From Negaprion brevirostris (taxonomy: Eukaryota), in the NCBI GenBank assembly GCA_030324005.1, contig JARDVH010000110.1, positions 18,042,867-18,106,866 on the forward strand: 64,000 bases of DNA, given 5' to 3'. The notes under the pieces were generated by a model. It was not told the DNA's origin. It saw only the letters and a program-made list of their open reading frames with translations, and ran no database searches. The position numbers were made by a program, and so were the translations under genes. Of the stretch, positions 37,642 to 50,679 are shown piece by piece (position 1 is the stretch's first letter; each line of letters begins with the position of its first letter).

Positions 37642-38428
37642 TCATAGAATCCCTACAGTACAGTAGGAGGCTATTTGGCCCATCGAGTCTTCACCAAACA
37701 GCGGCAGTTCAGAGGAGGTTCATGAGATTGATTCCAGAGATGAGAGATTTGTCACATGAAGAGAGATTGAACACTCTAGGCCTGTTATCCGGAATTTAGA
37801 AGAATGAGGGGAAAACAAATTGAGATATACAAGATTATTATAAAAGGTATCAATAAAGTAGGTGTGGAGTGAATGCTTCCTCTTGAGGCATTCCAAGACG
37901 AGAAATCATAATTTTATGACGGGGGTAGCTAACTTAAAACAGGGTTGAGAAGAAACTTCTTCTCCCAAAGGGTTGTGAATCTGTGGAATTCGCTACCCAA
38001 AGTGCAGTGGATGCTGGACAGTGAGTAAATTTGAGCAGTTAGATTTTTAACTGGTAATAAATTGAAGGGTTATGGGGAGATGGTAGAAAAATGGGGATCA
38101 GGAGCATCTCAGCCATGATCTAATAGCAGAGCAGATTCATTGGGCCAAATGGCCTAATCCTGCTCCTATATCTTATGAATTTATGACCACAATCCCACCC
38201 AGCCCTATTCCCATAATTCCACACATTCACCCTGCTAATCCCCTGACACTAAGGGGCAATTATGCATGGCCAATGTAACTGGCATGTCTTTGGACTGTGG
38301 GAGGAAACTGGAGCAGCCAGAGGAAACCCATGCAGACAACGGGAGAAAAGGCAAACTCCACACCCGAGGCTGGAATTGGACCCGCGTCTCTGGTGCTACG
38401 AGGCAGCAGCGCTATCCACTGCGCCACT
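37642..38428 (-). mobile_element. HE1 V-SINE split into 37642-37697 and 38186-38428
   Basis: The two halves rejoin to the pattern GAGTCT.CACC.ACCACAATCCCA.CC seen uninterrupted in the copy at 55346-55687. Confidence 0.85.
37700..38185 (+). mobile_element. CR1 LINE 3' fragment nested in HE1
   Basis: Closely similar to 670-1150; ends CCTGCTCCTATATCTTATGAATTTATG. Confidence 0.85.
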
Positions 38429-39339
38429 ATTCCTCTGATCGATATATCTGAAAATTTACCCAAGATGTAGTGGTAAGAATTCCATCACTATTAATTTATT
38501 TCTAGACAATGTGAACATTCAATATGCAATGTCAGTTTGAGCAGTAAAATTGGAAGGCGAATCCAGCCTTGCAAGGCATCTTCAATTTCTACAGCCTGAC
38601 TTGAGTGTATAATCCAATCTAGCAGGAAGGTCTGGAATGCACTGCCCGAGAATGTGGTGGACGCAGGATTCAATTGAGACACATAAAAGGGAATTTGAGA
38701 GTTACGTGAAAAGGAAGAATGTGTGGGGATATTTATGAGGAGAATGCAGTGAAACGGCACAAGGTAAATTGCTCAGAGAGCTGATACAGTCACAGCAAAC
38801 TGAATGGCCTCCTTCTGTGCTCCAACAATTCTGCGATTCACTGCAGCACCCCCTCAGTACTGTGCCAGTTTTGGGCAAAACACTGAATTGAGCTCCTATT
38901 TGCTCTCACAGGTGGATATAAAAAAGCTGCAGCACACACAAAATCTTCATTTAACATTGTTAATTCATTCTGGAAAAGACCGTTTTGCACAACATTGTCC
39001 CACTCACAAGATTGCACGCTCCCTACCTGACCAGAGACCCAGCCCTGATAAGATCAATGTGGGATTTATGCAGGAGTGTCCCAGTGTAACCGACTTTAAC
39101 ACAAAACAGCAGCAATGCATTGCCGTGTTCCAATTGGAAAGCGACACTGATGCAAAACAACATTGTGCAGGACAACCTCGCGCGAAGACATTCTGTATTN
39201 NNNNNNNNNNNNNNNNNNNNNNNNNNNNNNNNNNNNNNNNNNNNNNNNNNNNNNNNNNNNNNNNNNNNNNNNNNNNNNNNNNNNNNNNNNNNNNNNNNNT
39301 TGAGCAGAGGAGTGGGCAGTACATGTGACCAACATTTAC

Positions 39340-39515
39340 TGCTCAACCAACACCTTGATCAGATGATTTATTTCATTGCTGTTTGAGAGACCTTGCCGTG
39401 TGTAGGATTGGCTGCTGGGTTACCGACATCAGTGACTACCCTTCAAAATAAAGTACTTAATTGGCTTGAAAGCACTGTGGGGTGCCCTGGGATTGTGCAA
39501 GGTATGATATAAATC
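39340..39515 (+). mobile_element. DeuSINE 3' part
   Basis: CATTGCTGTTTG.GAGACCTTGC.GTGTG..ATTGGCTGCTG...AAGTACTTAATTGGCT..AAAGCACT. Confidence 0.65.
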
Positions 39516-39529
39516 TTTGTCGTTACAGC

Positions 39530-40040
39530 CAGAGTTAAAGACTATGGAACTGAATGGAAATGATTGACCTCGCTAAGAAATTGGCTGAACAGCAGGAGAC
39601 AGGGAGCAAGGATTATGGGCAGGTACTGTAATTGGCAGCATGTGACTAGAGGTGTCCTGCAAGGATCTATGTTGGGGCCTTACCTAATTACCCATAAATG
39701 GCTTGGACAATGGGACGGAAAAATCACAAATCCAGAGTTTGCCAATGACACAAAGATAGGCAGCATTGTAAGCAATCGAAAAATTAGGGCCAGAACATTC
39801 AGGAGTAAAACTAGGAAACTCTTCTACACAAGAAAGGTGCTAGAATAAGTTTGGAATTCTCTTCTGCAAACAGCTAGATCAATTGTGAATGGGAAATCAG
39901 AGACTGACAATTTGTTAACTTGTATTAGGGATATGGGGCAAAGGGGGTATAGGGAATTAGGCCATAGATCAACCTTGATCTAACTGAATAATGGAACTCA
40001 TTTGAGAGGCTAAATGGCCTAGTCATGTTACTATGTCCTG
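39530..40040 (+). mobile_element. Old, internally deleted CR1
   Basis: NWLNSRRQ...WQHVTRGVLQGSMLGP, FANDTKIG and a 3' tail. Confidence 0.75.
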
Positions 40041-40349
40041 AAAATGCAATTATTTCTTTTTTCTTTCAAACGGTCTTAGAATTTTAATTTGTAGCTACCT
40101 CAGGAGTACCAAGAATACTTCCAAGTATTACTCTTTCCCATCATTTTGTTAGTGACGAGGTCAGTATCAATGCTACATGCCAAGGAAAGGTGAATTGCTA
40201 AACCCCAGCAATCCCCAACAAAGCAATGTGCAGTTCCAGCGAAACAAAACAGGAACATGAGAGCACAGGCTGAGGAAATAGTGTGGCGATTTGGTCAGTG
40301 AGCGAGCTCTTGACCTGATGATGTCAAAGGCATTGTAGACAACGACTGC

Positions 40350-42007
40350 CAATATGAATGTTAAAGACAACAAGGCTCTGCCTTTTGGCACAGAATTTCA
40401 GTGTTCATATTGTGATCTGCAGAGTACCAATAAGGAGCTTGATAAAGTGAAGGAAAGAATCCTTACTGTGGAAAATGCAGTTTCGTCAGTTGAGGCCTGT
40501 TTGGAATCGTTGGAAAGTGAGCTAAATGGTATGTCAGAAATCCTGATCGATGTGGAGAGCTGGGGCTGGAGGAGAAGAGTCCATGTGCCGGCTTTCCAGA
40601 AGGAGCTGAGGGCAAGGTCCGAGCTAAATTTTTTTGAGAACTGGCTACCACGTTTTCTTCATCTTGACAAAAAGCTGGCTGCATTAATCTTGAAAAGGTA
40701 CATCATTTCCTATTTTCGAGCCCTAACCCCAACTTTCATTGCTTTGGTTTCAAGGAGGCTAGGAAGCTATCTGAATGCATTTCCGTGACTTTAGTCTGCT
40801 ATTCTGAGGGTGACATCAGATGAATCTTTAAGGCTGTTTGACAATAGTAATAAGGCTATGGCCTCTCTAAACTCCATGGAAGGCAATAACTTGGGAGTCA
40901 AAGTCTGCAGTTCTCTGCTAATCTTGTACTTTACCTCTTGTTGTCACATTGCTTCTTTGATTTTGTGATGTTATTTATCATCGCATTGACAGGGCTGATG
41001 TAGTATATGAGCACAGAGGTGAAGTTCGCCTACTATCCTTTGAAAACCAGAGAAGTCCATTGGTTTATAAGGAATGCATCTCTAAGCATGTTCCTTTTAT
41101 AACTCCGAGCTTAGATTTGATCCTATTACATCCTCACTGCATCAGGGGGACTACCAGCATTGTTTCTGGTCCTGCATTAAAATTGAATCTCAGGGTGATT
41201 TCATATCCTGAGAGCTTGTGTATGTTGGGGAGCATGCTGGATAAGTTGTATGGCACGAAGACTGCACAATATTTATCCATTTTTTTTCTTGCAATCCTAG
41301 CATTTATAATGGCAGTACATATTACGTGGTATCCTTTAGTCTTGTCATGGCAAATAGAAGTAGGGAGGTAGGTGGGGTGGGGTTTGGTGTACAGGTTGCA
41401 GGTAATAACCAACGGGTCCTCACGGCTGGTGAAATAAAACACCTTAGATCAGTTGATATCTCATGGTTTGTTCCTGTAGTTTTGGGGTCAGGAAATCGCT
41501 GAAGGACTCTTGTAAAGGTGCAGAGAGCATATATCCTAGGAAAAGACATTCGCCGGTATAGCTGAAGATGGAGGAAGTATGCTTTGATGTGTGTTTAAGT
41601 GTGGTTTGAGAATCTTTGGCCAACAGGCCTTTCCAATACCTAGGTCAATATCCTATATTCCCTTTGGCTGAATATGAAATGGAAGTAGCAGCTTTGAAAA
41701 TCCTGGAATAAGTTACACGACTCTGCCTCTAGTATCATCTAAGCGAGGGCGTGTACCGTTACGTCATGTGCTCATCGCTTTATCTTGTTATCCTGTTTCC
41801 ACCCACCCCCCTGCCAATCTTTTCATTGTATCTTTGGAGGCACCGTTTGTAATGAATAATCCGAACCAACAGTGTTGGTGCTTTCTTGTCTCTTTCTGCA
41901 TATTTACGTGGAAAATGATTAAACTGTACTGAACAATCCCCCAGGGCTTGTTGCGTTTTGTAAAAATGGGAAAAATATTCAATAAAAGTATATCCAAAAA
42001 AATAAAA
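40350..42007 (+). mobile_element. Decayed L1/Tx1-clade LINE (ORF1 remnant, putative 3' tail)
   Basis: ORF 40354-40788 has a coiled coil followed by DVESWGWRRRVHV...FFENWLPRFL, resembling the L1 ORF1 'LENRSRRNNIRI...FFE.WLP' segment. AATAAA plus an A-rich end at ~41980-42007 may or may not belong to the same copy. Confidence 0.6.
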
Positions 42008-43202
42008 TGAGCAAGAGAATGAATGATCACACAAAAAGAGGTAAGAAATGAACAAACAAGATATTTTTTGCTGCAACCCTCACCTCCTGCATCCCCTCAC
42101 TCCCCCCCACCCCCGTAACACACGAACATAGAATGAAAGCAGCACGNNNNNNNNNNCAATGTAGCCGACTGGTGCAGGGCTCTAATGTTTCGGTACTCTT
42201 GTCGAATAATTGCCAGACATAGTTAGCATTCAATCAGGGAGACCCAGCTACATCAACATGGCTGTTAGCCTGAATACAACGTAAAAAAATTTGCACTTCA
42301 AACCATCAAACCAACAGCGTCTGAGCTTTGATGAGCTCTTTGAACCCTTTGAATGTGGTTTGACAGCAGGCTGGGACTGGGTCATTGCTCCCATGGATCT
42401 CATGAGGAGAAGGCTGCTCTTTGCAACTCAGAAGGTCAAGGGTTTTACACACACACTGAGCACTTAGAGATGTAGCAAAGCTCTTCTCTACTCAACCAGA
42501 GTCCATTTAACTGCAAAATCCCTAGCTAACAAGCTGCAGGATAGGGTGGTGCTTGTGTGTGTNNNNNNNNNNGGGGGGCGGTGAGAGGAGGAGTGTGGAG
42601 AGCCCCTTTGTGAAACCTTCACTACCTAATAACACTATGCACATTTGCCAAGTGCAGGATTATTTCAGACAGACATTTACACAAGTTCATTACCACAGTG
42701 AAGAGTGATGCTGAATCACAACACGCAAAATAGATTTTAACAGCATTGTCCCCTCCTATTCCAGTTAGGAGCTGCAGCAGTGCACTTTAACATCTACTGC
42801 TCAGCCTGCTAACTGAGGCTAAACAAATTCAGAGCATAACCAATTCATGCATTGGTTTGATCGGAAACCCAAATGTCATGAGCATTTAGACAGCGCAGAC
42901 CTGCTTCCTGATGCCCCATAAAAAAAACCTACGAGGAAAAGAATAGATAAAAAGTACTCAAAAATAATGAAAACAAATACTTAGGTGTTGGAGGGAGAAA
43001 CATGCAGTTGAGCACTGCCACGAGAGAAATAAAAAATCTGCACCACAGTTGTTGCTGCTTTTTGAGTAGAAATGATTTGCCAAAGATTAAAGGGGGACGC
43101 AATTTCCTGCAAGTACACAGTTCACCTGCTGTGGATATAAAGTAGTTTCACTTTAGGTATAACTCAGATTGTCTGAATCACTGCATAAAAAGTTAAGAGA
43201 CT

Positions 43203-43246
43203 GATCAAGTAGGATGCATAGGAGGATCAAGTAGGATGCATAGGAG
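43203..43246. repeat. Perfect 22 bp tandem duplication
   Basis: GATCAAGTAGGATGCATAGGAG x2. Confidence 0.95.
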
Positions 43247-46200
43247 GTTTACATCCACGCACAAACAATCACAAGAAACAGATTAACTGATGTTCATTTT
43301 GGAAATGATTTTCCACCCCAATTTTGTACAATTCAACATACGTTAATGAAAATCTGTACTGACAGCAAAACAATGGGTGAATCGCTTCTCCCTGTGCTGA
43401 GATTTCTCAGGTTGTATGACTATTTAAGTCTGGACATGCAAATGTTTAGTGTACAGACAGATCTTACTTGGGCTTGTGGCAAAATCCAAAACTGCAATGC
43501 ATTCAAAACTTGATGCTACACAATAAGGAACCGCAATCGACATGGAAGAGGAGGGGCGGTAAATTTAACATACAATAAATATCACTACACCTAGCACCTA
43601 GAAGAAAAGCTCTTCGCAGAGACTTTTGAAAGAATTTGGCTTTAAACCTGCCATCTGAGGAAAACTAGGGAGAACACACCTTTACTTCATTCTCTGATAT
43701 CAAAATGCACACATACAGGGTAATGCACAAAAAGGAGGACCTCATTCTCAAAATGAGGGGAAGAGGGAAAAGATCCAAAGTAAACTGGCACCGCAGCAAG
43801 GGTAGCACCTCCCAACACAATCTGCCATCCCATCAGCTTTAAGCAGAACAGTAGGGGAATGGGCTTCTGGGTACATCTTCACAGCAGTAGACTGTTGTTC
43901 TTAGTTAACTGGGGGAAAATATAAGTAAGATGATCAAGCATGATCNNNNNNNNNNNNNNNNNNNNNNNNNNNNNNNNNNNNNNNNNNNNNNNNNNNNNNN
44001 NNNNNNNNNNNNNNNNNNNNNNNNNNNNNNNNNNNNNNNNNNNNNCCATCCCCTTTAGATTCAAACTGGGCAAGGAAGAATATGGTGAAACTTACAACCT
44101 TTACAGACCCAAAATATTAATGTGTTTGGAAGAAAAGCAACTTTGAACTCAATATTTCTACTAAAATAGCTATTTCGATAGGGGTACAGTAAAACAGGGA
44201 GGGTACAAACAATCTTAATACTTATGAAGTCCAGATGGAAATTAAAACTCAATATTAAAAAAATGAATCTCTTTGGGCCTAATTGCTTCAATATAAATAA
44301 GCATCCAAATAGGATCCCAGAACCTGTTCACAAGGAGGAATCTTGCTTGCATAGAAATATCTCTTGGCTCATTGCTCCTGTGGCAAGTTTTCAAGCTCTA
44401 ATTACACATGGTGCAGAAACAGACTCGCTGAATTCATAAGGCTTTTCAACTTAAGCATTGCAAGCAGATGTCTCCAAGAGACTCCAGATACTCGAAGCTT
44501 TACAAATGCAATGTTCTTAGTGAGAGGGACCGATAATTAGCCTGCTGTTTCTCCAGAGAAAGCAGCATCAAAAAAAATCTGTAATTAGTGTCCTACATTA
44601 CAAAGGGGTTGTTCAATGCTGAAATGATAACTATGGAAAGAAAGAGTCCTGATGGTGAGGGGACGGGAGGGGGGGAGACAGAATATTTCAATGAAACTTT
44701 ATATACAAGCTGAATAAAACAGAAGTGCTTGTCAAAGGCCTTTGTGGCAAGCAATTCAAATTAGCTGGGCCGATCAAAGGTTAAAATTTTTATCTGCTCG
44801 AGTTTTTAACACCATTTTGGTTTTCAAAAGTGTGCATGTGGAAGGTTTTCAAAGTTCAGAATGAAAGGAATTTGAGACAACAATTTCATGAAAATTTTAA
44901 TATCCGGGTTGGACATACGGGATATCTTGGAGGATCCTTTGTCTAAATNNNNNNNNNNAAGAGTCAGGTGGCTGCCCAAGAACATGCCCGCTCCAAGGAG
45001 GCAATTTCTTCCTCAGCTTCTACCCATTGGAGTGAAGGAGTTGGGGAATTAGGAAAGACATGCTCCAAACAATGGACCAAAGTAATGCATCACATCAACA
45101 GAGGGAAGTGGTTTGATTTCCTCATCCTGGGTAAGGTGCCATTGCTAAGTGAGTCACATGGTATATGGATGATCAAAATGGTTCAAGATCATTTATCCCA
45201 AAATGATGCCTCAGTTTATTCCTCAGTCATACTTGAAATGAAAATGTATGCTAGAAAGTTCCAGTAAACTCATCACAGGCACTCATACTGATAGCCACTT
45301 GCATAATCTTCAGCTTGTATCCAAATTTTCACCAACAGGAATCAATTACTTTCTTCAAGTTTGTGGGGCTACATAGGGATTTTGCAATCAGCATCTTAAA
45401 TGCAGTGCTACTCCATTGATAACAGGCTAAAACAGATCGTGCGGTCCCAAATATCCTTAAAAAAATGAGGCAAGTAGGTTTTTATTTGCTGCCTGATTTT
45501 TCAAGCACGTTCTATCCATAGCAGCAGCCCAGCTGCATCTCCAGTGAGCTGCACGTTCACTGTATCTTGGCTGTGGGCACACGGAAAGGGCTGCCAAACA
45601 AACCGCATACAGCTGTCACTGAAACAAGATGTCAGGAAACCTGTTTCCATCGGTGCAGCTAAGTCGACACAAAACCAAGATCAGCAAAATAACTTACAAA
45701 AAACAGAGTTGCTCACTGATCAGGTTCATCTGGATTTGTGCTTGGACAGGAAAACGAAATTGGACTCAATCAAGCAAATATACAGCAGTTCTTCGATCGC
45801 TGGCCTTCAGGTAAAAAAAGGCAATGCTCAGCTTGAGAAGTAACTAAACTAGGCTTGTGGGACAGAATGCACATAACACAACACAAAATTGGTTTTCCAT
45901 TGTTGTCGCTCAACAATGATGGTCCCATTTTCCAATGCCAGTAGGGTTCACCCCACCATGCTGGAAAAAGGATGACCATATATCTTAGACTGGATGGAAG
46001 AAAAAGGTAGATAATATAATGAAGCTTTTGGGGCCCCTTAAAAATGGGAGATCATGTGGAGAACCGGAAAGAGAAGCACAGGATTGACCAATCTTCAAGA
46101 GAATTGAGCCAGAACGTGGATCTTGGTGGACTACTGATGATGATATCTTACATAAAACAAGAAAGCTGGAAACACATAGCAGGTCAATCAGTGTTGGTAA

Positions 46201-46859
46201 AGACATACAGCATGTTCTGAGAACTGTGTATCGCTCAAGATTACACAGTCAAAACATCACACTTTGTCTTTGTTCTTCACAGATGCTGCACATTTTCAGG
46301 TCTCCTGTTCATGTTATTATTTATCACAAATACTGGACCATCATAAGCAGTAGAATTATATTCAACTCAATCTGCAATCATATCATGACCATCAAACCAG
46401 TGAACTAACGTTGGTCCGATGAGGAGCGTAGAAGAGTACATCAGTGACACCAGGTATGCTGAAAAATGAGGCCACAACCAGATGAAACAACAATACAAAA
46501 CTGCATGGATGTTAAACAGCTGAATACTACGGACTCCAAGTTATTCATTGGTCGTCAGATCAAAGTCTGCAATTCTAGCACATTCGGACAGAAATGATGG
46601 TGGACAATTAGCTAAGTAATCGGAGGAGGAGGAAGCTCCATTGAAGATGGGGATGTTCAAGTTCAACACTTGAATACAACAAACAAGAATGAAAAGTTTC
46701 TGACCATCATCAGTCAGAATTAGATAATTGATCTCAATCTTCTCCTGAGATCAACATCACCAAAGATGTCAGTTTTCATGAAGTTCCTCATGATAGCAAG
46801 GAACACAGTGTATCGGATGCAGAACTATTAATAAGCATACGAGTAGGGGACGGTCAGCA

Positions 46860-47262
46860 AGAGGAACGTGGGTCACTTAGGAGTCAAAAAAAGGAGAGAG
46901 ATACATGGAGGCAGTTGGCATCACTGAGGTAATAAATAAATGTTTTGCATTAGTCTTTTCCAAGGAAGATGGTCACATTATATCAAGAGGAAGCAGAGGA
47001 TATAGCATAGGGTAAAACAAGCTGAAAAGTGTGGCTATACTGGACTTAGTCTATATGTCCAAGTGGGGTGCATCCTAAGTTGCTGAGGGAAGCAATTGTA
47101 GAGGTACTGGCTATAATCTTCCAACCCTGCTTAGATACAAGAAGTAATGCTAGAGGAATGGAAAATTGGAAAATGGAAAATGTTATGCCTCGCTCAAAAA
47201 AAATAAACCCAGCAACCACTGGCCAGTCTATTTAATCTGATTGTGGGAAGGCTTTCAGCAAT
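46860..47262 (+). mobile_element. Old CR1 ORF2 fragment
   Basis: Decayed 'N..FA.VF.KED', 'G.HP.LLRE', 'LA.IFQ..LDT...EEWK..NV.P' and 'PVSL'. Confidence 0.65.
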
Positions 47263-47264
47263 AA

Positions 47265-47880
47265 TGGGGGTGATTTGCCCAAAAAAATTCTACGTGCCAA
47301 ATTCACAAAAACTGGAGTAACTCCTGCCAATCTTTAAAGCATGATTTTCAGAGCAAATCTCCCTCATTCTGAGCACTAAAGACAGCACTAATGTGATTCA
47401 CTCTAAAAATCAGCGTGCAGGGCCTATACCCGCTGGAGGCTCCGGTGGCATAGCCCTGAGCAGGACACTGCACATGCATTGATCTGTCAGAGCAGAGATC
47501 GCACATGTGCATTGGCCCTGCATTGCCAGCCTCCTGAACGCTGGCCAGCCACACGACACCCTCTCCCCCATAATTGCTGCCACTCTGCCCACCCCATCCT
47601 CCGATCACCAGCTTTCCAGGTCAGCCCCAGTGTACCACTTCCTGGCCCTGAGCTTCCCCCTCACTGGCCAGCCCCAATCACCCTCTTCCCTCCCTCTGCC
47701 ACCAATCCCAATGTAGAGTGACAGCAGGACTATCCACCCCCACCAATCACCCAATAGACTCCGTTCCCCCAGCAGCGCCAGGGGACAGGTCAGCATTGCT
47801 GAGGCGACATTTCCCCCTGTCCTCCTGCCGGGGGGGCCACCAGTAAGTGCTGCCAGCCTGCACGCTGAGTGCTGCTTGGC
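47265..47880. mobile_element. GC-rich MITE-like element
   Basis: Abrupt GC rise; internal inverted repeat CAGCGTGCAGG (47411) / CCTGCACGCTG (47857) with further imperfect pairing. Confidence 0.5.
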
Positions 47881-47999
47881 TGTGACGAGTGTTTTTGGAG
47901 TTGGGTGGAAACAGGGTCGAGATTATTGATCTTTGTGTGGATGGGAATGAGTACTGCAGGGAAGATGAGCAAACTGACCACTGCACCATGGTACAGGGA

Positions 48000-48378
48000 G
48001 CTGTTCAAGTGGGGAAGTAAAAAAGAAATGTAGTCGTAATTGAGGATGGTAATAGTTAGGGGCATTGACACTGTTGTCTGTGACCAGGACTTCGCATCAG
48101 TCTTCACAGCGGATGACACCAGCGGGATGCCAGAGCTCTAGGAGTGTCTGGGGGCATAGGTGAGCGTAGTGGCCATCACTAAGGAAAAGGTTCTGGGGAA
48201 ACTGAAAGGTCTGAAGGTAGNNNNNNNNNNNNNNNNNNNNNNNNNNNNNNNNNNNNNNNNNNNNNNNNNNNNNNNNNNNNNNNNNNNNNNNNNNNNNNNN
48301 NNNNNNNNNNNNNNNNNNNNAGAACGAATGGACATGATTTATTTAGATTTCCAAAAAGCCTTTAACAAGGTGCCATCT
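48000..48378 (+). mobile_element. CR1 fragments around an N gap
   Basis: FASVFT..D, ITKEKVLGKLKGLKV and DMIYLDFQKAFNKVP. Confidence 0.75.
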
Positions 48379-49599
48379 ATGAGACATCCAAGATTATCGT
48401 GCTGCAACAGTTACAGCCTAAGGACACACTCTCTCTAAAGTGATCCCACTTTTGACACCCACTCCTGACATTCATATTCAGATCCGTTGTTCCAGGAAGA
48501 GGGTATCTACCATGCTGCAACAGAGGAGGAGGATACTGACAGGCAGGAAACATCACCATGCATGGCATGAGCACACATCCTGCTACATCAGCTATGCAGA
48601 ACAGCACTGGCTAAGACCATAGACAAACTGAACTGCATCACTTGTCAGGAGGACAAATTACACTGGGCAGAAAACAGACATGCAAAAAAAAAGATACATA
48701 TTGCATCTCTTTCTGGTCACCTCACTTTCCCAGTTGCAAACATGGAAACACCAAGTGAAGAATTACTCATGAGTCAATTAATATCAGAGGAATTATAAAG
48801 ATGAGGCTGCTTAAAACAAGCACTTGATCTCAAGCGATCACAACCTTGAAATCCTTACAACTTTGAAAACTTACTAAGCAAAGTTACACTGTTACTTAAT
48901 TTGATGCAAATCCATTGCAACACACTTGAAAATGTGACATCCAAGACATCACACTTCCAACTTGGTTGATCAACCCAAGAGGCCAGCACTCAAAAGTTGT
49001 GACACAAAAGAGAGAATACTGTCAGTGACATTTTTTATCCACCAGAAACCCTGGCAGATTTTTCCCTTCTTAACCAGGGACAGAAGTCAACTGTGGTACT
49101 CCTATCATCAAGATGTCTGAATAGCTTCAAACGGAGAGACTAGAGCAGAGGTGAGGCTGTAATGCTCTTTGATATGGAATTTAATCCTTTAATGTAAATT
49201 CTCTTAAAATAAATGTGAGGGACAGACAGGAATACTGTAAATTGGTCTGGACCATTGGAGACTCAAGTACTTTTTCTAATTTGTTACTCATACAAGAGTG
49301 CCAAAGTACATATCAGAGATGTATTCAGGGAAGAATGAAGAACAATGGTATTCATTACCAAGCATACTGCCCAAGGGCAAAGCAGTTAACTTTCTCCCTT
49401 TCCTTCTGGAGCCATACACAGGCCAAACTGCAAGTAATAGATGTGCAGCATCAAGGGATTCACCACAGCATGCAGCCAAGTTCCGGCTTCCATTTTGTCC
49501 TCTCTTGCTGGCATAACTAAAATCAGCAACTTTCAGGAAATCACAGCAACCATAAAAGGGTACAAGAACACCCGAATTCCATTTATTCACCCATATAGG

Positions 49600-49912
49600 A
49601 TCATAAAATCATAGAATCCTTATACTGCAGAAAGAGGCCATCTGGCCCATCAAGTCTGCATCAACCCTCCGCAAGAGTATCTCACCCAGACTCTCCCCTC
49701 CGCCCTATCCCCATCAACCTACACATTCTTTTTTTAAACCACCTAATCTACACATCTTTGGAGTGTGGGAGGAAACTGAAGCATCCAGAGGAAACATACG
49801 CAGACACAGGGAGAACATGCGAACTCAAATCAGCCATTCAAGGCCGAAATCGAACCGGGTCCCTGGCGCTGTTAGGCAGCAGTGCCAACCACTGTTCCAC
49901 TGTGCTGCCATG
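49600..49912 (-). mobile_element. HE1 V-SINE
   Basis: Reverse complement of head, V-domain and ATCATAGAATCC tail. Confidence 0.85.
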
Positions 49913-50679
49913 CTCCCTGCAATATGTGGAGTCATGAACTTGTCCCTCTGAAAGGAAGGCTGAATTCTGCTCACTGGAGAATTGCCAGATTTCAAAGCAT
50001 TCAAAGGGTTAAAGGAAGGAGTGACATTTTTTGAGTCACTCCAGAAAAACAAGAGAACCAGTGTCTACCCTAAAGAAACCATACCACAGCCTGGCATGCC
50101 ACACCAAGAGTCAGGCAAGGTTCCAAAACTTGTTTGTATACTTTTGGAATAATTAGCACAAGTAATTTTGTCTTTAGAGTCATTACTGCAGACTGAATCA
50201 GAAGCTTAAGAACAGTGAACCACAACCACATCAATTATGAAGGAATCTGGTTTCTCCCATGCTAAATAATACCACGGCCCTTATCAGAGCTTAGTTACTA
50301 AACCAAGTACTGTGCAAAGCAGTTGAAGCAGATCACCTCCCACTCACTCCCATGATGGGGAAAAACAGATTACCTACCTTGTGAAGTCTTCATTTTTTTG
50401 GATTGGTATCCTTCAAATATCAGCCATCTTTCACATACCATGACTGTTTCCAGCCATCTCCCAGGCCTCAACAGGTTTATCTTCTGATTTGGTTAGGAAT
50501 TTTGCGATGTTTGTTCAAATCAGGTTCAGACTGAAATAAACTGTTCCAGTCAGGACAGATACAATAATAATCTGGGCTTTTTGAACAGCTGACTGACATC
50601 CTGAAGTTTTTTTTTCTAAGGTACCCAAATGCAGTTTCCTGGTGTCCTATGTCTCTGAAAGGAGGAAGTGTTAGGTATT

